DNA of 63,446 nt, counting the filler, from Thermoplasmatota archaeon (lineage in GTDB: Archaea > Thermoplasmatota > E2 > JACPAO01 > JAHFTW01): NCBI GenBank assembly GCA_041623215.1. It is 5 parts of 5 records of this genome, joined end to end, with 100 filler letters (N's around TTAATTAATTAA, not from the genome) between each part and the next. Parts side by side here need not be neighbours in the genome. Positions count along the whole stretch, not along the records: positions 39,442 to 51,713 come from JBFJXH010000049.1; 4 more parts are not named here. The stretch is one strand, 5' to 3'. Positions within the stretch are counted from its first letter, which is position 1; every line of letters begins with the position of its first letter. Positions 39,650 to 49,686 of the stretch are shown piece by piece. The notes beneath the pieces are model-generated. The model was not told the DNA's origin, did not search any database, and saw only the letters and a program-made list of their open reading frames with translations. The translations under genes and the position numbers were made by a program.

Positions 39650-41281
39650 TCACGGTCGCTCGAGTGGCCACGGTTCGGGCGCCGGCGCAGGTCGCGAAGG
39701 GTCGAAGCGCATGGTGTAGAGGCCGTAGTTGCCGTCGAAGGTAACCAGCGACCCGTCCGGCATGGCGACGACCTCCTCAATCGTCGGGGCCCAGCGGACG
39801 GGCTCCACGCTGCCCGGTAGGCTTGCGTTGGCAGGCAGGAAAACGCCGGTGCTTTCCAGGTTGTAGAAGGGCGGGGCGGCGTCGGGGAGGGCGTCCGGCG
39901 ACCGGGCCGCGTCCTTGATGGGGGACAAGTCAGCGGCCCAGATGCCGCCGTGGTAAAGGCTCATGAACAGGGTCTCTCCAACCACCGTGAAGTAATGGTT
40001 GCTCCAGGTGTAGCAGCCGCCGCCATCCCATTCAACATCGTGGGGGAGGGTCCACCCAGCCACAATGAAGGGGTCGGCGGGCACGGTCGTATCCAAGACC
40101 CAGACGATGCCCGTGGGGGTGTGCTCGGGGCGGTTGCAATACTCGGGCCCGATGACGGTGTAGTGGCGGTCGTTCCATAGCTCTGGCAGAGGGAAGGCGC
40201 CGTGAACCAGCGTGCCGGCGTCCGGCTCGTACCAACGGCCAACCTCAACGGGGGCCTCCGGGTCAGTAACGTCGAGGACAGTGAGGCCGCCACCGCCCCC
40301 CAAGTAAGCCAGCACTTGGCCCGTTCCAGGATGGGGTGCGATCCAGCCGTCGTGGCCACGTGGCCCGGTCACCGCGGCAAGAGGTCCTTCGCCGGGCGGT
40401 TTGTAGGTGGACAAGAGCCGCAGCTTCGCGCCAGCTGGCGTCTCGACAACTTCGTAGAAGAAGTACCCCGATGCGGTGGGGGTGACGCCGGTGGCCGTCG
40501 TAATCAGCAGCACGTCCCGGTCATCGTAGGCGTAGGGAAGCGCACTGTGCCCGAAGCCAAACAAGGGCTGGTTGTCAGTAATGGTGGGGTTCGATGGGTT
40601 GCTGATGTCCACGAGGATGATATTCATCGGGTAGGGCAGGGGGTCGTTAGCATCGGCGAGCACCGTGGTCTTCCCCGAGCACGCGTCGGTCCAAGTCAGC
40701 GTCGGCGTGCGGTCCTCGCTGGTGCTGGGCGAATTGGCTACGCCCGGCAGCGTCCAAGCGGTTGGATTCGGCGGCAGGTTGTCGGTGCCGGCGGACACCA
40801 GGACCACGTGCTTCCCGTCCGGCACAACGGTCGTGTCGTAGATGTAGGTGTGCTCCATGACGAATTCGCCCAGAATACTTGGTGCGCCGGGGTCGGTCAC
40901 GTCGGCAATGGCAAAGGCAACGTCGCTGCGACTTTCAATGGCCGCGATGCGGCGCCCGTCCCGCGTCTCCTGTGCGTCGCCGCACAGGTAGCCGCCCCCG
41001 GATTGTCCGCCGTAGTAGTCGCTCGACCATGGGACGAATCCTAGCACTTCGAAGTTCGGCGTCGTGAGGCCCTCGTGCTGGGCAGCGTCCGTATGGTCGT
41101 GCCCTTCGCCGAAGGCCAAGGCTCGCAAAGACCAACCTTGGTCGACGTCGGTGCCCGGCGCACCCTTGGCTGGGTCTTCACTGTCGATGCAACCGGTTAG
41201 CGCGACCGTCGCAAGCAGACCGAGAATCAACCACGTCGGAACATGGCTCGGGCGGAGGAGGCGGTGACGAGGGCCGTCCAT
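39650..41281 (-). CDS. LVIVD-repeat beta-propeller lipoprotein
   Basis: Lipobox LTGC, repeats IADVTDPGAP, LVDISNPSNP, VLDVTDPEAPVEVG, VLDTTVPADP, and SLYHGGIW. Confidence 0.85.
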   Translation of the reverse strand: MDGPRHRLLRPSHVPTWLILGLLATVALTGCIDSEDPAKGAPGTDVDQGWSLRALAFGEGHDHTDAAQHEGLTTPNFEVLGFVPWSSDYYGGQSGGGYLCGDAQETRDGRRIAAIESRSDVAFAIADVTDPGAPSILGEFVMEHTYIYDTTVVPDGKHVVLVSAGTDNLPPNPTAWTLPGVANSPSTSEDRTPTLTWTDACSGKTTVLADANDPLPYPMNIILVDISNPSNPTITDNQPLFGFGHSALPYAYDDRDVLLITTATGVTPTASGYFFYEVVETPAGAKLRLLSTYKPPGEGPLAAVTGPRGHDGWIAPHPGTGQVLAYLGGGGGLTVLDVTDPEAPVEVGRWYEPDAGTLVHGAFPLPELWNDRHYTVIGPEYCNRPEHTPTGIVWVLDTTVPADPFIVAGWTLPHDVEWDGGGCYTWSNHYFTVVGETLFMSLYHGGIWAADLSPIKDAARSPDALPDAAPPFYNLESTGVFLPANASLPGSVEPVRWAPTIEEVVAMPDGSLVTFDGNYGLYTMRFDPSRPAPAPEPWPLERP

Positions 41282-41365
41282 GGGTCCGCGATGGAAGCGC
41301 CTGCTTGAAGGCATCCCTGATGCGGTTGCCGCTTGGCTCATAGGTGGCGCCGGTGATAGCGCCAC

Positions 41366-41863
41366 ATGTCCGCGTACGCCCGCCTTAGCATGAACAGCCT
41401 CTTTGGCCGCGTTCCCGCCAAATGGTTCCGGATCGGCATGCGCTTTGTACCTCCCCTACGAAACACCGGGGTTCGCGTGACGTCCATAAGTGCTGATTGG
41501 CGGCGCTGGACACTGACGTTACCCCTGTCGATTCGGACCCGGAACTACGTTGGCACGCACTTTGGCGGAACGCTGTATTCTGCCATGGATCCCCATTACA
41601 TGATTGCCTGGATGCATATACTGGGGCCTGACTACGTGGTATGGGACAAGGCTGCGACCATCCGGTTCCTGCGCCCCGGTCGCGGAACGCTGCATGGAGA
41701 GCTTTGCATTGGCCAGGATGAGGTGGATGGCATTCGAGCCGCATGCCGGGAATCAGGCGACGGCAAGCATGACCATACGTTTCTGTGGCAATGGCTGGAC
41801 CGCGACGATGAGGTTGTGTGCGAAGTGGAGAAGGTCATCCACTTTCGGGAAGTGCGGCCGTAA
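41366..41863 (+). CDS. Hotdog-fold thioesterase-like protein (DUF4442)
   Basis: TRNYVGTHFGGTLYSAMDPHYM, VVWDKAATIRFLRPGRG. Confidence 0.88.
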   Translation: MSAYARLSMNSLFGRVPAKWFRIGMRFVPPLRNTGVRVTSISADWRRWTLTLPLSIRTRNYVGTHFGGTLYSAMDPHYMIAWMHILGPDYVVWDKAATIRFLRPGRGTLHGELCIGQDEVDGIRAACRESGDGKHDHTFLWQWLDRDDEVVCEVEKVIHFREVRP

Positions 41864-41899
41864 ATCCTGCCGTCCAGAATCGTCGCCAAACCGGGGCAA

Positions 41900-43378
41900 T
41901 TACATGTCGGCTGGCAGGTCGAAGGGGATGCCGCTTGGCGGCCCGACGGGCCCGTTGCCGCCTCGAAGCTCGGGCGTCGTGCTTGGTCGCTTGGCCAAGC
42001 GCCCGTCGATGCGAACCAGCATGGCACACAGGTCAAAGGCCGCATCCACCGCGTGCTCCACGATGGGCAAGGAGTCCATCACATGGGGCGCACCGGTTTT
42101 TTCGTCCAACGGGTCGGCGCCGGCGTTGGCAGCAAGGCAACGTGCTAAGTCTCCAAAGCCCGAGGCAATGGCCTCGATAATTAGTGGCGAGCGGCCAGGC
42201 GCGGCGGGGGCCGCCAGCTTGAGTCGGCGTTCCACCTCCCTTTGCCACGCTCCACCGCCGGGAAGACCGCGCCCGTCCAGCAGGATGTGGCTGGCCGACC
42301 GCAAGAGCCGCTCTGCGGTATCCTCAGCCAAGGCCCCATGGGATGCCGTCTGGGTTGGCAGCACCCAGGTGTCGGCGGCACCGGTCTCTCCGCGCACCAG
42401 CACCATGATGGCGTCGTCCCCGCTTCGAAGCCGCCGGACTTGAGCAGCTCGCCATGGCTCGATGCTGGCGCAGCCGGCGCCCGCAGGCGTAGCGCTTAGG
42501 AGGCCCGGGCATGCGGATGCGCCGGTGGCCATTTGCAATTGGTCGAAGCGAGATTTTCGCACATCCGTGGCCACGCTGACGCCTGCCTGAGCCAAGCGGC
42601 TCGCGAGCTCCTCGTCCATGCCCCCCCGGCAGACGATGAAGTCTATGCCAAGCTGGCGGACATGGTCAAGCCGCTCGCGGCGCCACGCCTCTTCGATGGC
42701 CGTCCCCGAGGTGCCCCCGGCCGTGAGGCGCATGGTTGCGGTCGGCCCGCCTCCTCGTAGCGTGGGTTGTTCGTCGCCCGTCACGAAAAGAACCCGTTCC
42801 ATGGAGGTCGCTGCCCCTGGGCCTTTCCCCCGGGTGACCTGTGCTGCCGGATGTTTGCATGGGAGTAAGGTGCCCGCCAACCACAGGGGTTGATGGACAG
42901 CGGCCGCCTGCAAATCGATGGCATCAAGGTCCAGAGCGCCGCCTCGAATCAGCCGGGGCAGCTGCTCGGCAAGGCTATGGGCGAGTGACTGGCCTTCGAG
43001 GCTCGCCACGCTGGCCAGCAGGGTGCTGGTGTCGGACGGTGTGGCCACGGCCTGCAGGAGGGTCAAGGTTTGTCGTCTTGCGAGCGCGATTCCGTCGAGT
43101 GCTGCTGCCGGATGGAACGAATGAAGGCGCATCATCCATCGCGCCGCCAGTAGAATGGCTGTCGTGCCGCCATCCCCACGAGCCGCCTGAACGCTGCGTG
43201 CCAGCGCCACGTACGGGCGGACGCCTCCCACGGACGCTTCGGCCTCGGCCAACGCGGCGGCCCCGCTTCCGGTCAAGACCCCGTTGGCATGTTTCCAGGC
43301 GCCATGGGGTCCATACGTGCCTGAGGCAAACTCCCACAACCAGTCAGCGACACGCTCCGCTTCATCTCGAAGGCCCAT
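41900..43378 (-). CDS. Highly divergent group II chaperonin (thermosome/TCP-1)-like protein
   Basis: Motifs colinear with thermosome: TYGPHG, GDGGTTAILLA, IVCRGGMDE..LAQAGV..ATGA, VLVRG, PGGGA, LAANAGADPLD, MLVRIDG. Confidence 0.85.
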   Translation of the reverse strand: MGLRDEAERVADWLWEFASGTYGPHGAWKHANGVLTGSGAAALAEAEASVGGVRPYVALARSVQAARGDGGTTAILLAARWMMRLHSFHPAAALDGIALARRQTLTLLQAVATPSDTSTLLASVASLEGQSLAHSLAEQLPRLIRGGALDLDAIDLQAAAVHQPLWLAGTLLPCKHPAAQVTRGKGPGAATSMERVLFVTGDEQPTLRGGGPTATMRLTAGGTSGTAIEEAWRRERLDHVRQLGIDFIVCRGGMDEELASRLAQAGVSVATDVRKSRFDQLQMATGASACPGLLSATPAGAGCASIEPWRAAQVRRLRSGDDAIMVLVRGETGAADTWVLPTQTASHGALAEDTAERLLRSASHILLDGRGLPGGGAWQREVERRLKLAAPAAPGRSPLIIEAIASGFGDLARCLAANAGADPLDEKTGAPHVMDSLPIVEHAVDAAFDLCAMLVRIDGRLAKRPSTTPELRGGNGPVGPPSGIPFDLPADM

Positions 43379-43446
43379 GACGTCGCCGTCGTGGGTGTTG
43401 CCGCGCTGAAGCAGGCCCTGCACGGGGCGGGGACCGCCGTGGCGGC

Positions 43447-45303
43447 TTAACTGAGGTGGACCCAGACGGCCTCACTCGGAACGACGACGCCGCTTGGCGC
43501 GACTGCGTTGGCAAACAGCATGTAATGGCCGGGCGGCGCAACGTGCGGTCCGGGCGGTAGTTCAATCTGAACGGCAGCACCGGGTCCGGAGGGCAACGCG
43601 TAGTTGACCGCAATGACGCGCTGGCTAGAGTCGAAGGCGTGCGTGGTGGCCCCCGGGCGGACTAAGACGAACCCATCCAGCGTCCAGCCGGCGGGGACAC
43701 TCACCCCGCCGATGCCCACCGATTGGCCATACTGGCCCGTGACGCGGGCATCGTCTTGGCCGGTGCCCCCAGACCCGATGCCGTCGATGACGGGGCGTTG
43801 CCCGCCGTCCTGGTGTAGGTAGGCGGGGCTGAAAATCTCGAAGCGTGTTTCCACCTCTTGTGGCTCGTACACAATCGGGGCGTCGGCGTCGCGTCCCTGT
43901 TCCGGGGGGACGGGCAAGGGCACATGGCCACCGACAAGCACGCGACCATCCGGAAGCAGGATGGCGGTGGAATGGTAGCCGCGTTCCACACTCATGGGGG
44001 CCATGACGGTCCATGTGTCGGTGGCGGGATCGTAGGTCTCGGCATTCAGAATCGGCGGGTCCTCTTGGCCGTGGACCACCACATTGTCGTACGCGGCGCC
44101 TCCGACTGCCAACACGCTGCCATCGGGAAGCAGCACGCCATTGTGGTGCCAGCGGCCGAAATTCATCGAGGACCTCATTTCATTGTGAACTGCAAGCGGC
44201 GTCCCGTCGGGCGCTCGCGTAACGTTGTCGTCGTCCAAGGCGGCCAACTCTGTGAAGGGAACCGCAGCGACCGAACGCTGCAAGGTGCCGCCGAAGGTCA
44301 GGAACTGCGGGGCGTAGTCATTGGTTGGGTCTAGCGGTAGCATGACGCTCGAAGCGTGCTGGCGGGCGCCAAAGACGCTCGGGCCCAGATGATTCCAGGT
44401 GCCATCGGCAGCCATCCATTGTTGGATGGACCAATCAGCTTCGCCGGGGTGTTCGCCGAACGGCCCCCACATGGTTCCCACGGTGTTGAAGAACAATTCA
44501 CCTTCCAAGGGGCCACCAGGCAGGTAGGTGAGGCGGGGGTACAACGGCAACGGCACGGGCCGGTCGTCCACGGGAGACCAGCTGCTGCCATCGAAGAGTT
44601 CGCTAACGCCACGTTGGGTGTGGGGCTGCGTCAGATTCGTAATCCCGCTGGCGGCCAAGGCATCGCCGTTAGGCGTTTCGATGAGGCTGGGATACCACCG
44701 GCCGTGCGTCATGTTAGCGACCGTTTCCCATGCACCTTCGCCGTTGGCGCCGGCCCCCGGCACGAAGATGCGGGCGTCGGTGCCCCCTTCCAGAGGCGTG
44801 ATGGCTGGCTGACCCGTTTGCGGGTCCTCCGTTAGAATGTGCCATTCGCTGCTACCTACGGCCAGAACGGTACCGTCGGCTAGGATGGTGTGCCCGGCGC
44901 AGAATAGGTCGTCGCCGGCGCCGCCGCTTTCACCCGGCGTCACGATGGTCATTGTAGCCAAGTCAAGAATTCTGGAATCTGCGCGGTGGGGAGTCACCGT
45001 GAAGAACGTCGCGTTGCCGTACGGCTCATTGTGGTCGTGGTCCTCGTGGCTTTCGTGGTGGACCGCTTCCACGCCGCTCCAATAGAGGACTTGGCCGGTG
45101 TGCAGAAGAGCCATGCTGACAGCCGGCTCCTGGCCGTCAAATGGCGAGCCCCATGAGCCGCAAACCGCGGCGTCGGTGCACGGCACGGTACGGGCCGCGA
45201 TGATGGCGTCCTCGACTATTTCTGACGGTTCGATGGCCACGGCAAAACCGGCCAATGTTAGGATGCTGAGAGCGACAAGCGCTGCGATGCCACGCGTTTC
45301 CAT
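43447..45303 (-). CDS. Secreted copper radical oxidase (galactose/glyoxal oxidase-like, Kelch + DUF1929)
   Basis: Signal peptide, LFCAGH, RWYPS, PLYPRL, RGYHSTAILLPDGRV, EIFSPAYL, ATTHAFDSSQR, APPGHYMLF. Confidence 0.92.
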   Translation of the reverse strand: METRGIAALVALSILTLAGFAVAIEPSEIVEDAIIAARTVPCTDAAVCGSWGSPFDGQEPAVSMALLHTGQVLYWSGVEAVHHESHEDHDHNEPYGNATFFTVTPHRADSRILDLATMTIVTPGESGGAGDDLFCAGHTILADGTVLAVGSSEWHILTEDPQTGQPAITPLEGGTDARIFVPGAGANGEGAWETVANMTHGRWYPSLIETPNGDALAASGITNLTQPHTQRGVSELFDGSSWSPVDDRPVPLPLYPRLTYLPGGPLEGELFFNTVGTMWGPFGEHPGEADWSIQQWMAADGTWNHLGPSVFGARQHASSVMLPLDPTNDYAPQFLTFGGTLQRSVAAVPFTELAALDDDNVTRAPDGTPLAVHNEMRSSMNFGRWHHNGVLLPDGSVLAVGGAAYDNVVVHGQEDPPILNAETYDPATDTWTVMAPMSVERGYHSTAILLPDGRVLVGGHVPLPVPPEQGRDADAPIVYEPQEVETRFEIFSPAYLHQDGGQRPVIDGIGSGGTGQDDARVTGQYGQSVGIGGVSVPAGWTLDGFVLVRPGATTHAFDSSQRVIAVNYALPSGPGAAVQIELPPGPHVAPPGHYMLFANAVAPSGVVVPSEAVWVHLS

Positions 45304-45419
45304 GATGCGACCTACCGAATTCACCATGGACGCACGCTTGATGACGGTTTTCCTCCGGGGCAACCTCGGGCAAAGTACCCGTAGCCGTGGCTGGCCGGTG
45401 CGACGTTCTGGTTTTCACC

Positions 45420-45986
45420 TCAACCCAGTGGTGCCGTCGCAAAGGCTGTGCCGAAGCGCTCGCACCATACACTGATGCCGGCGTAATCCATCGGGTCGAT
45501 GGCACTCGGTATACGGACATTGAACGAGCCTCGCTCGTTGATGCGGGGACTCGAATCAGCGTCCGTAATCACGGGGATTAGGTGCCCAGACTCCACCTTC
45601 GCTTTCGTTGTGCCTTCGCTTTCAATGAGGTACAGGTAGATGTCGGGCCCCGCCGTCATGTCCAGATCCTCGAAGCGCAGAAACCACCCGTCGCCAACTT
45701 GCAGCAAATAGACGCTGCCGCTGGCGGCGTGTCCCTTCTCGCCACGCATCGTTCCCGATGCATGGGCCATGGATGCGGTTGAACTTTCATTGCCGCCCGC
45801 CTGCGAACCGCCGTCGCGCGTGCCGTTGTCGCGGCCGTCATCACTAGGGGTCGAGGGCGGGGTCATTGTGCCTTCGGGCGGTCCTTCGTTGATGATGACC
45901 GCGTCGTCGGGCAGCAAGAAGGGCACGATGGCTGCGCTGGCGATTACAACGAGGGCACCAAGCCCAATCCACAAAACGAGGCGCAC
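45420..45986 (-). CDS. Membrane-anchored DM13-domain protein
   Basis: N-terminal TM, GHAASGSV..LRFEDL..GPDIYLYL..ISVWCERF..FATAPL. Confidence 0.9.
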   Translation of the reverse strand: MRLVLWIGLGALVVIASAAIVPFLLPDDAVIINEGPPEGTMTPPSTPSDDGRDNGTRDGGSQAGGNESSTASMAHASGTMRGEKGHAASGSVYLLQVGDGWFLRFEDLDMTAGPDIYLYLIESEGTTKAKVESGHLIPVITDADSSPRINERGSFNVRIPSAIDPMDYAGISVWCERFGTAFATAPLG

Positions 45987-46043
45987 GCAGCAAAGTTCTG
46001 GCGCCCGGCATTAGCTCTTGCGTTGTCCCCGATGGGCGGTCGG

Positions 46044-47693
46044 CTAGTCGTGACGGCCCTTGAACGACTCGCTCCAGAGAATCAAGACCAGCGCCCACGA
46101 CACCATCAGGGCCCCCGCGACGAAGATGTATCTGCCCGCGATATCCGGGTTACTGCCGGCATACACGATGCCCAGTCCGACGACCAAGCTTGCCATCATG
46201 ATGGTGAAGCTGGTCTTCAACACACCGCGCCCATGTGCCCGCTTGATACCTTCCAGCCCCGCCAGTTCAATGCGCGTGGACAGCTCGTTTCGCTCGACTT
46301 TGCGAACCAAGGTGTTCAGAGCGTGCGGGAAGGTTCGCCCGAACTTCAGCAACTCCCCAAAGGTCTCCTCCACAAGCTCCTTCTGTTTCTTGCTGCTGGC
46401 AATATTCTTCCAGACAAGTTGCCCCACAAAGGGTTCCAGGATGCTGACAATTTCGTAGTCGGGGTCGAGGTCCCGGCAAAAGCCGTCAAATTGGAACAAT
46501 GCGCGGGAGATGAGCATGAAATCGGGGGGCAGGAGCATGCGGTGCTCGCGAGCCAAATCCAGAATCATCTCCATGATGCGAGGGTCGGCGACGCTCACCT
46601 GCTCACGCTCGAAAAAGTCCAGGATTTTTTCCACATCATTCGTGAACCGCTTTTGGTCGACTTCACCGTAGACATCGCACAGGTCAACGATGCTTTCGGT
46701 GGTTTGCTCCACATCGCCCTTGGCAATTCCCGTAATCAGTCCAAGAATTGCCTTGGCCCTGCGCTCCGTAACCACGCCGACAGCGCCGAAGTCAAGGAAG
46801 CAGACTTCGTCGCTGCTCATGATCATCATGTTGCCCGGCGACGGGTCCGCGTGGAAGATGCGGTCCATGAAAATCTGGCGAGCCATGGCATGGGTGACAA
46901 TCTTGGCCACATTGCGCTTGTCGATGCCGTCCAATTCGGGAGCGTTGGCATTGCTGAATTTGATGCCGTCAATCCATTCCATGACCATGACGCGCCGGGC
47001 GCAAAGGTCGCGGTGCATGCCGGGAATCTTGACCGTAGAATCGTGGCGGAAATTGTGCGCCACGCGGAGCGTGTTCTTCACTTCGAACCGGTAGTCCAGC
47101 TCCCGGTCCATCATGTGTTTCAACTCCTCTAGGTGAGCTGTGGGTTGCCAGACCCGGCTGGCCGCGAAGGTTTTCTCGATGAAGGTGACCATTCCCCGCA
47201 GGATCTCGAAGTCGAGGTACATATCCTCGTCAATCCCCACATGCTGAACTTTGACCGCGACTGGCGTCCCATCCGGTAGTGTGGCGCGGTGGACTTGGCC
47301 GACGCTGGCGGAGGCCAACGCCTCCTTTTCGAAGGTGGCAAACAGGTCCTCTGGGTAGGCGCCTAGCTCGGCCTTGATGACCTCCCGCACCTCGGGGTAG
47401 GTCGATGGCTTGGTGCCGTCGTACAAGCGCTTGAACTCCTCGACATACGGGGCGGGGACCAGGTCGGGTCGAGTCGCCATAAGTTGGCCCAACTTGATGA
47501 ACGTCGGTCCGAGGTCTTCCAGAATGCGTCGAAGCCGCGCGGGCGGGCTGTCGCCATCCTTGCCGGGCGTGCCGGTGGTGTCGCCGCGAAGCATCGCGCG
47601 CAGCAAGCCCCAGAAGTCGTTGCGAAGCAGGATGTTCGTAATTTCGTTGAAGCGGGTGGTCTTCGACGGGCTTTTGGCGCGGGCCACGGCCAT
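46044..47693 (-). CDS. ABC1/UbiB/AarF-family atypical kinase
   Basis: LGPTFIKLGQ, ASASVGQVHRA, VAVKVQ, FHADPSPGN, LDFGAVG, two C-terminal TM helices. Confidence 0.93.
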   Translation of the reverse strand: MAVARAKSPSKTTRFNEITNILLRNDFWGLLRAMLRGDTTGTPGKDGDSPPARLRRILEDLGPTFIKLGQLMATRPDLVPAPYVEEFKRLYDGTKPSTYPEVREVIKAELGAYPEDLFATFEKEALASASVGQVHRATLPDGTPVAVKVQHVGIDEDMYLDFEILRGMVTFIEKTFAASRVWQPTAHLEELKHMMDRELDYRFEVKNTLRVAHNFRHDSTVKIPGMHRDLCARRVMVMEWIDGIKFSNANAPELDGIDKRNVAKIVTHAMARQIFMDRIFHADPSPGNMMIMSSDEVCFLDFGAVGVVTERRAKAILGLITGIAKGDVEQTTESIVDLCDVYGEVDQKRFTNDVEKILDFFEREQVSVADPRIMEMILDLAREHRMLLPPDFMLISRALFQFDGFCRDLDPDYEIVSILEPFVGQLVWKNIASSKKQKELVEETFGELLKFGRTFPHALNTLVRKVERNELSTRIELAGLEGIKRAHGRGVLKTSFTIMMASLVVGLGIVYAGSNPDIAGRYIFVAGALMVSWALVLILWSESFKGRHD

Positions 47694-47737
47694 ACTAGGG
47701 GGACGACGCCGGGGCGCTAAAACGTGGTGCCATGACG

Positions 47738-48502
47738 CTATCCAATGTAATGGAGGTCGCCGTCGCCGGGGGCGGGGCCTGGGCGCGCCGCCGAAAGGTC
47801 TTGCAATCGCCGGGTCACCGTGTCCAATTCTGCCGCTTTGGCATCGAGGTCGTCCAGGGGGAAGGACACATTCAGCAGGCGGCCAAGCGCCATCAAGACG
47901 GCGCGGGCGCTACGCGGGTCCACCAGGAACCCACTGGTTTCGCCCATCAGGCAGGCGCCGGTCATGCCGCGCAGTTGGGCCAGGCCCAACAAGAGACCCG
48001 ATGCGCCAATGATGCCACTGGCCTGGTCTTCCGGGAAGCGGATGTTGGCTTCCCGCAGGCGGTTCACCATGTCCGCGTCGGTGGCTGCTCCGAGCACTTC
48101 GGGGTCATCAACTGCGGTGCCTACTCCGAAGCCGCCGGTCGTGTACAGTTCACGGCATCCTTTCGCCTCGCATCGGTCCAAGACTTGTGTGGCCAGGTCG
48201 TATTGGCCCTGGGACGTCAACGGCTGAAAGTCGCCGGTGAGGAAGATGGCGTCGCGCTGGTCCACCACGCCGGTCGCGGTCCAGAGTTGGCAGCGGACAA
48301 GCCGGACAGTTCCGTCATCTTGTACGGTCACTTGCGGGGGCAAATCGCTGCCGACGATGTCGCACCACAGCGTTGCTCCAAGCGCGTCCACTAATTGTTG
48401 CACGGCGAGGCTCCCGACGTTGCCAATGCCGGGCAGGCCCTCAATGAGGACGGGCTGATTGAGTTCGGGGTTGCCGTACTCAAGGACCCGGAGGGACTCC
48501 AT
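47738..48502 (-). CDS. Proteasome assembly chaperone (PAC2) family protein
   Basis: LIEGLPGIGNVG, GDFQP, IIGASGLLLG, CLMGETSG..VDP, C-terminal YIG; conserved position after nop10. Confidence 0.92.
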   Translation of the reverse strand: MESLRVLEYGNPELNQPVLIEGLPGIGNVGSLAVQQLVDALGATLWCDIVGSDLPPQVTVQDDGTVRLVRCQLWTATGVVDQRDAIFLTGDFQPLTSQGQYDLATQVLDRCEAKGCRELYTTGGFGVGTAVDDPEVLGAATDADMVNRLREANIRFPEDQASGIIGASGLLLGLAQLRGMTGACLMGETSGFLVDPRSARAVLMALGRLLNVSFPLDDLDAKAAELDTVTRRLQDLSAARPGPAPGDGDLHYIG

Positions 48503-48727
48503 CTACGCCTCCGCTTGTGGTGGCGGGGCCGAGGGGGCGCTCTGATCGTCGCTTCGTTCGGCCTTGTCCAGGGCCTTGAGGCGTCGGCGGTACGAGCCGT
48601 AGGGGTCCTCCGGCGAGAACTTAGGAGGGCGGTTCGGGGCGACTTTGCCGCCGCAGTGTGGGCAGGCCTCGGTCTTGAGCGTGTATTCCTGGCACGCGTC
48701 ACAGAAATGCATGAGCACGCGGCTCAT
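48503..48727 (-). CDS. nop10: H/ACA RNP protein Nop10
   Basis: CDACQEYTLK..CPHCGG..PPKFSPEDPYGSYRR. Confidence 0.93.
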   Translation of the reverse strand: MSRVLMHFCDACQEYTLKTEACPHCGGKVAPNRPPKFSPEDPYGSYRRRLKALDKAERSDDQSAPSAPPPQAEA

Positions 48728-48729
48728 TC

Positions 48730-49524
48730 TTACGCCTCTAATTCGCGGTGGAACTGGCCAGTGCCGCCCGCTTTCTTGATGCTCGCCACGGCCCGGTCGG
48801 CGGCCTCTTTGAGTTGCTCCTCGGCAATCTTGAAGTCGGGCGCCTTGACGGTAAGTCGGTAATGGGGCGAGCCAAGGTAGGCTGCTTCAATTTCCACGTC
48901 GTCGTACGGGGACTTTTCGGCTTCCTTGAGGGCCTTGGCGACAAGCTTGACGCCCGAGGGGTCGCCGGATTGCACCGCAACGAAACCGTGAATCTCGACA
49001 AAGGTTGCCTGGATGTTGGCCTGGCTGAACTTGACAAATCCATCAATCCAGTCGCCTTCAATCTCTTCGTCCTTGAAGACGTCGGCGCCGTATTCGGCCG
49101 CCTCTTGGAAACCCTCGTACAGGGAGCCAAAGACCTCGATGACCTTGGAGCCGTGGTCCGCCAGCACTTCCTCCGCTGACTTGCCCAATTCCTCCGCGTA
49201 CATTTCCAGGAGTTTGTCGGCTTTTTGCTCGTTCTTCCATGCCTGGATGGTTTCGCGCCGTTGGTGGTCGTTGACCGCCTTCAAACTCAGGTCAATGTGG
49301 CCCTTGTCCTCGTTGACGGCGTGCACCTTGCAAACGACGCGCTGCTTTTCGCGAACATGGTCCCGGATGCGCTTGACCCAGCCGGGAGCAACTTCTCGAA
49401 TGTGGCAGAAGCCCTCCTTTTCGGGGTATTCTTCCAGGGTGACGAAGGCGCCGAAGTTTTGCACTTCACGTACGGTGCCGACGACGAGTTCGCCCTCTTC
49501 TGGGAATTCGCGGAGCTTGGCCAC
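48730..49524 (-). CDS. eif2a: Translation initiation factor aIF-2 alpha
   Basis: FPEEGELVVGTV, S1 domain, IDLSLK, WKNEQKA, YLGSPHYR. Confidence 0.95.
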   Translation of the reverse strand: MAKLREFPEEGELVVGTVREVQNFGAFVTLEEYPEKEGFCHIREVAPGWVKRIRDHVREKQRVVCKVHAVNEDKGHIDLSLKAVNDHQRRETIQAWKNEQKADKLLEMYAEELGKSAEEVLADHGSKVIEVFGSLYEGFQEAAEYGADVFKDEEIEGDWIDGFVKFSQANIQATFVEIHGFVAVQSGDPSGVKLVAKALKEAEKSPYDDVEIEAAYLGSPHYRLTVKAPDFKIAEEQLKEAADRAVASIKKAGGTGQFHRELEA

Positions 49525-49686
49525 GAGCGGGCCACTGGGGGGTCCGATTTAAGGGTGGGTGGAGGCGGGCTTGCCTAGAGCGCGCTAACTCTTGCGTTGG
49601 GTGGGGGCGCGGTTGCACGAGGGCCACAAGGGCCCGGGGAGTGCGCATCGAAACGAGAAGGAAAGGAGAAGGTGAAGCCGGAAGGC

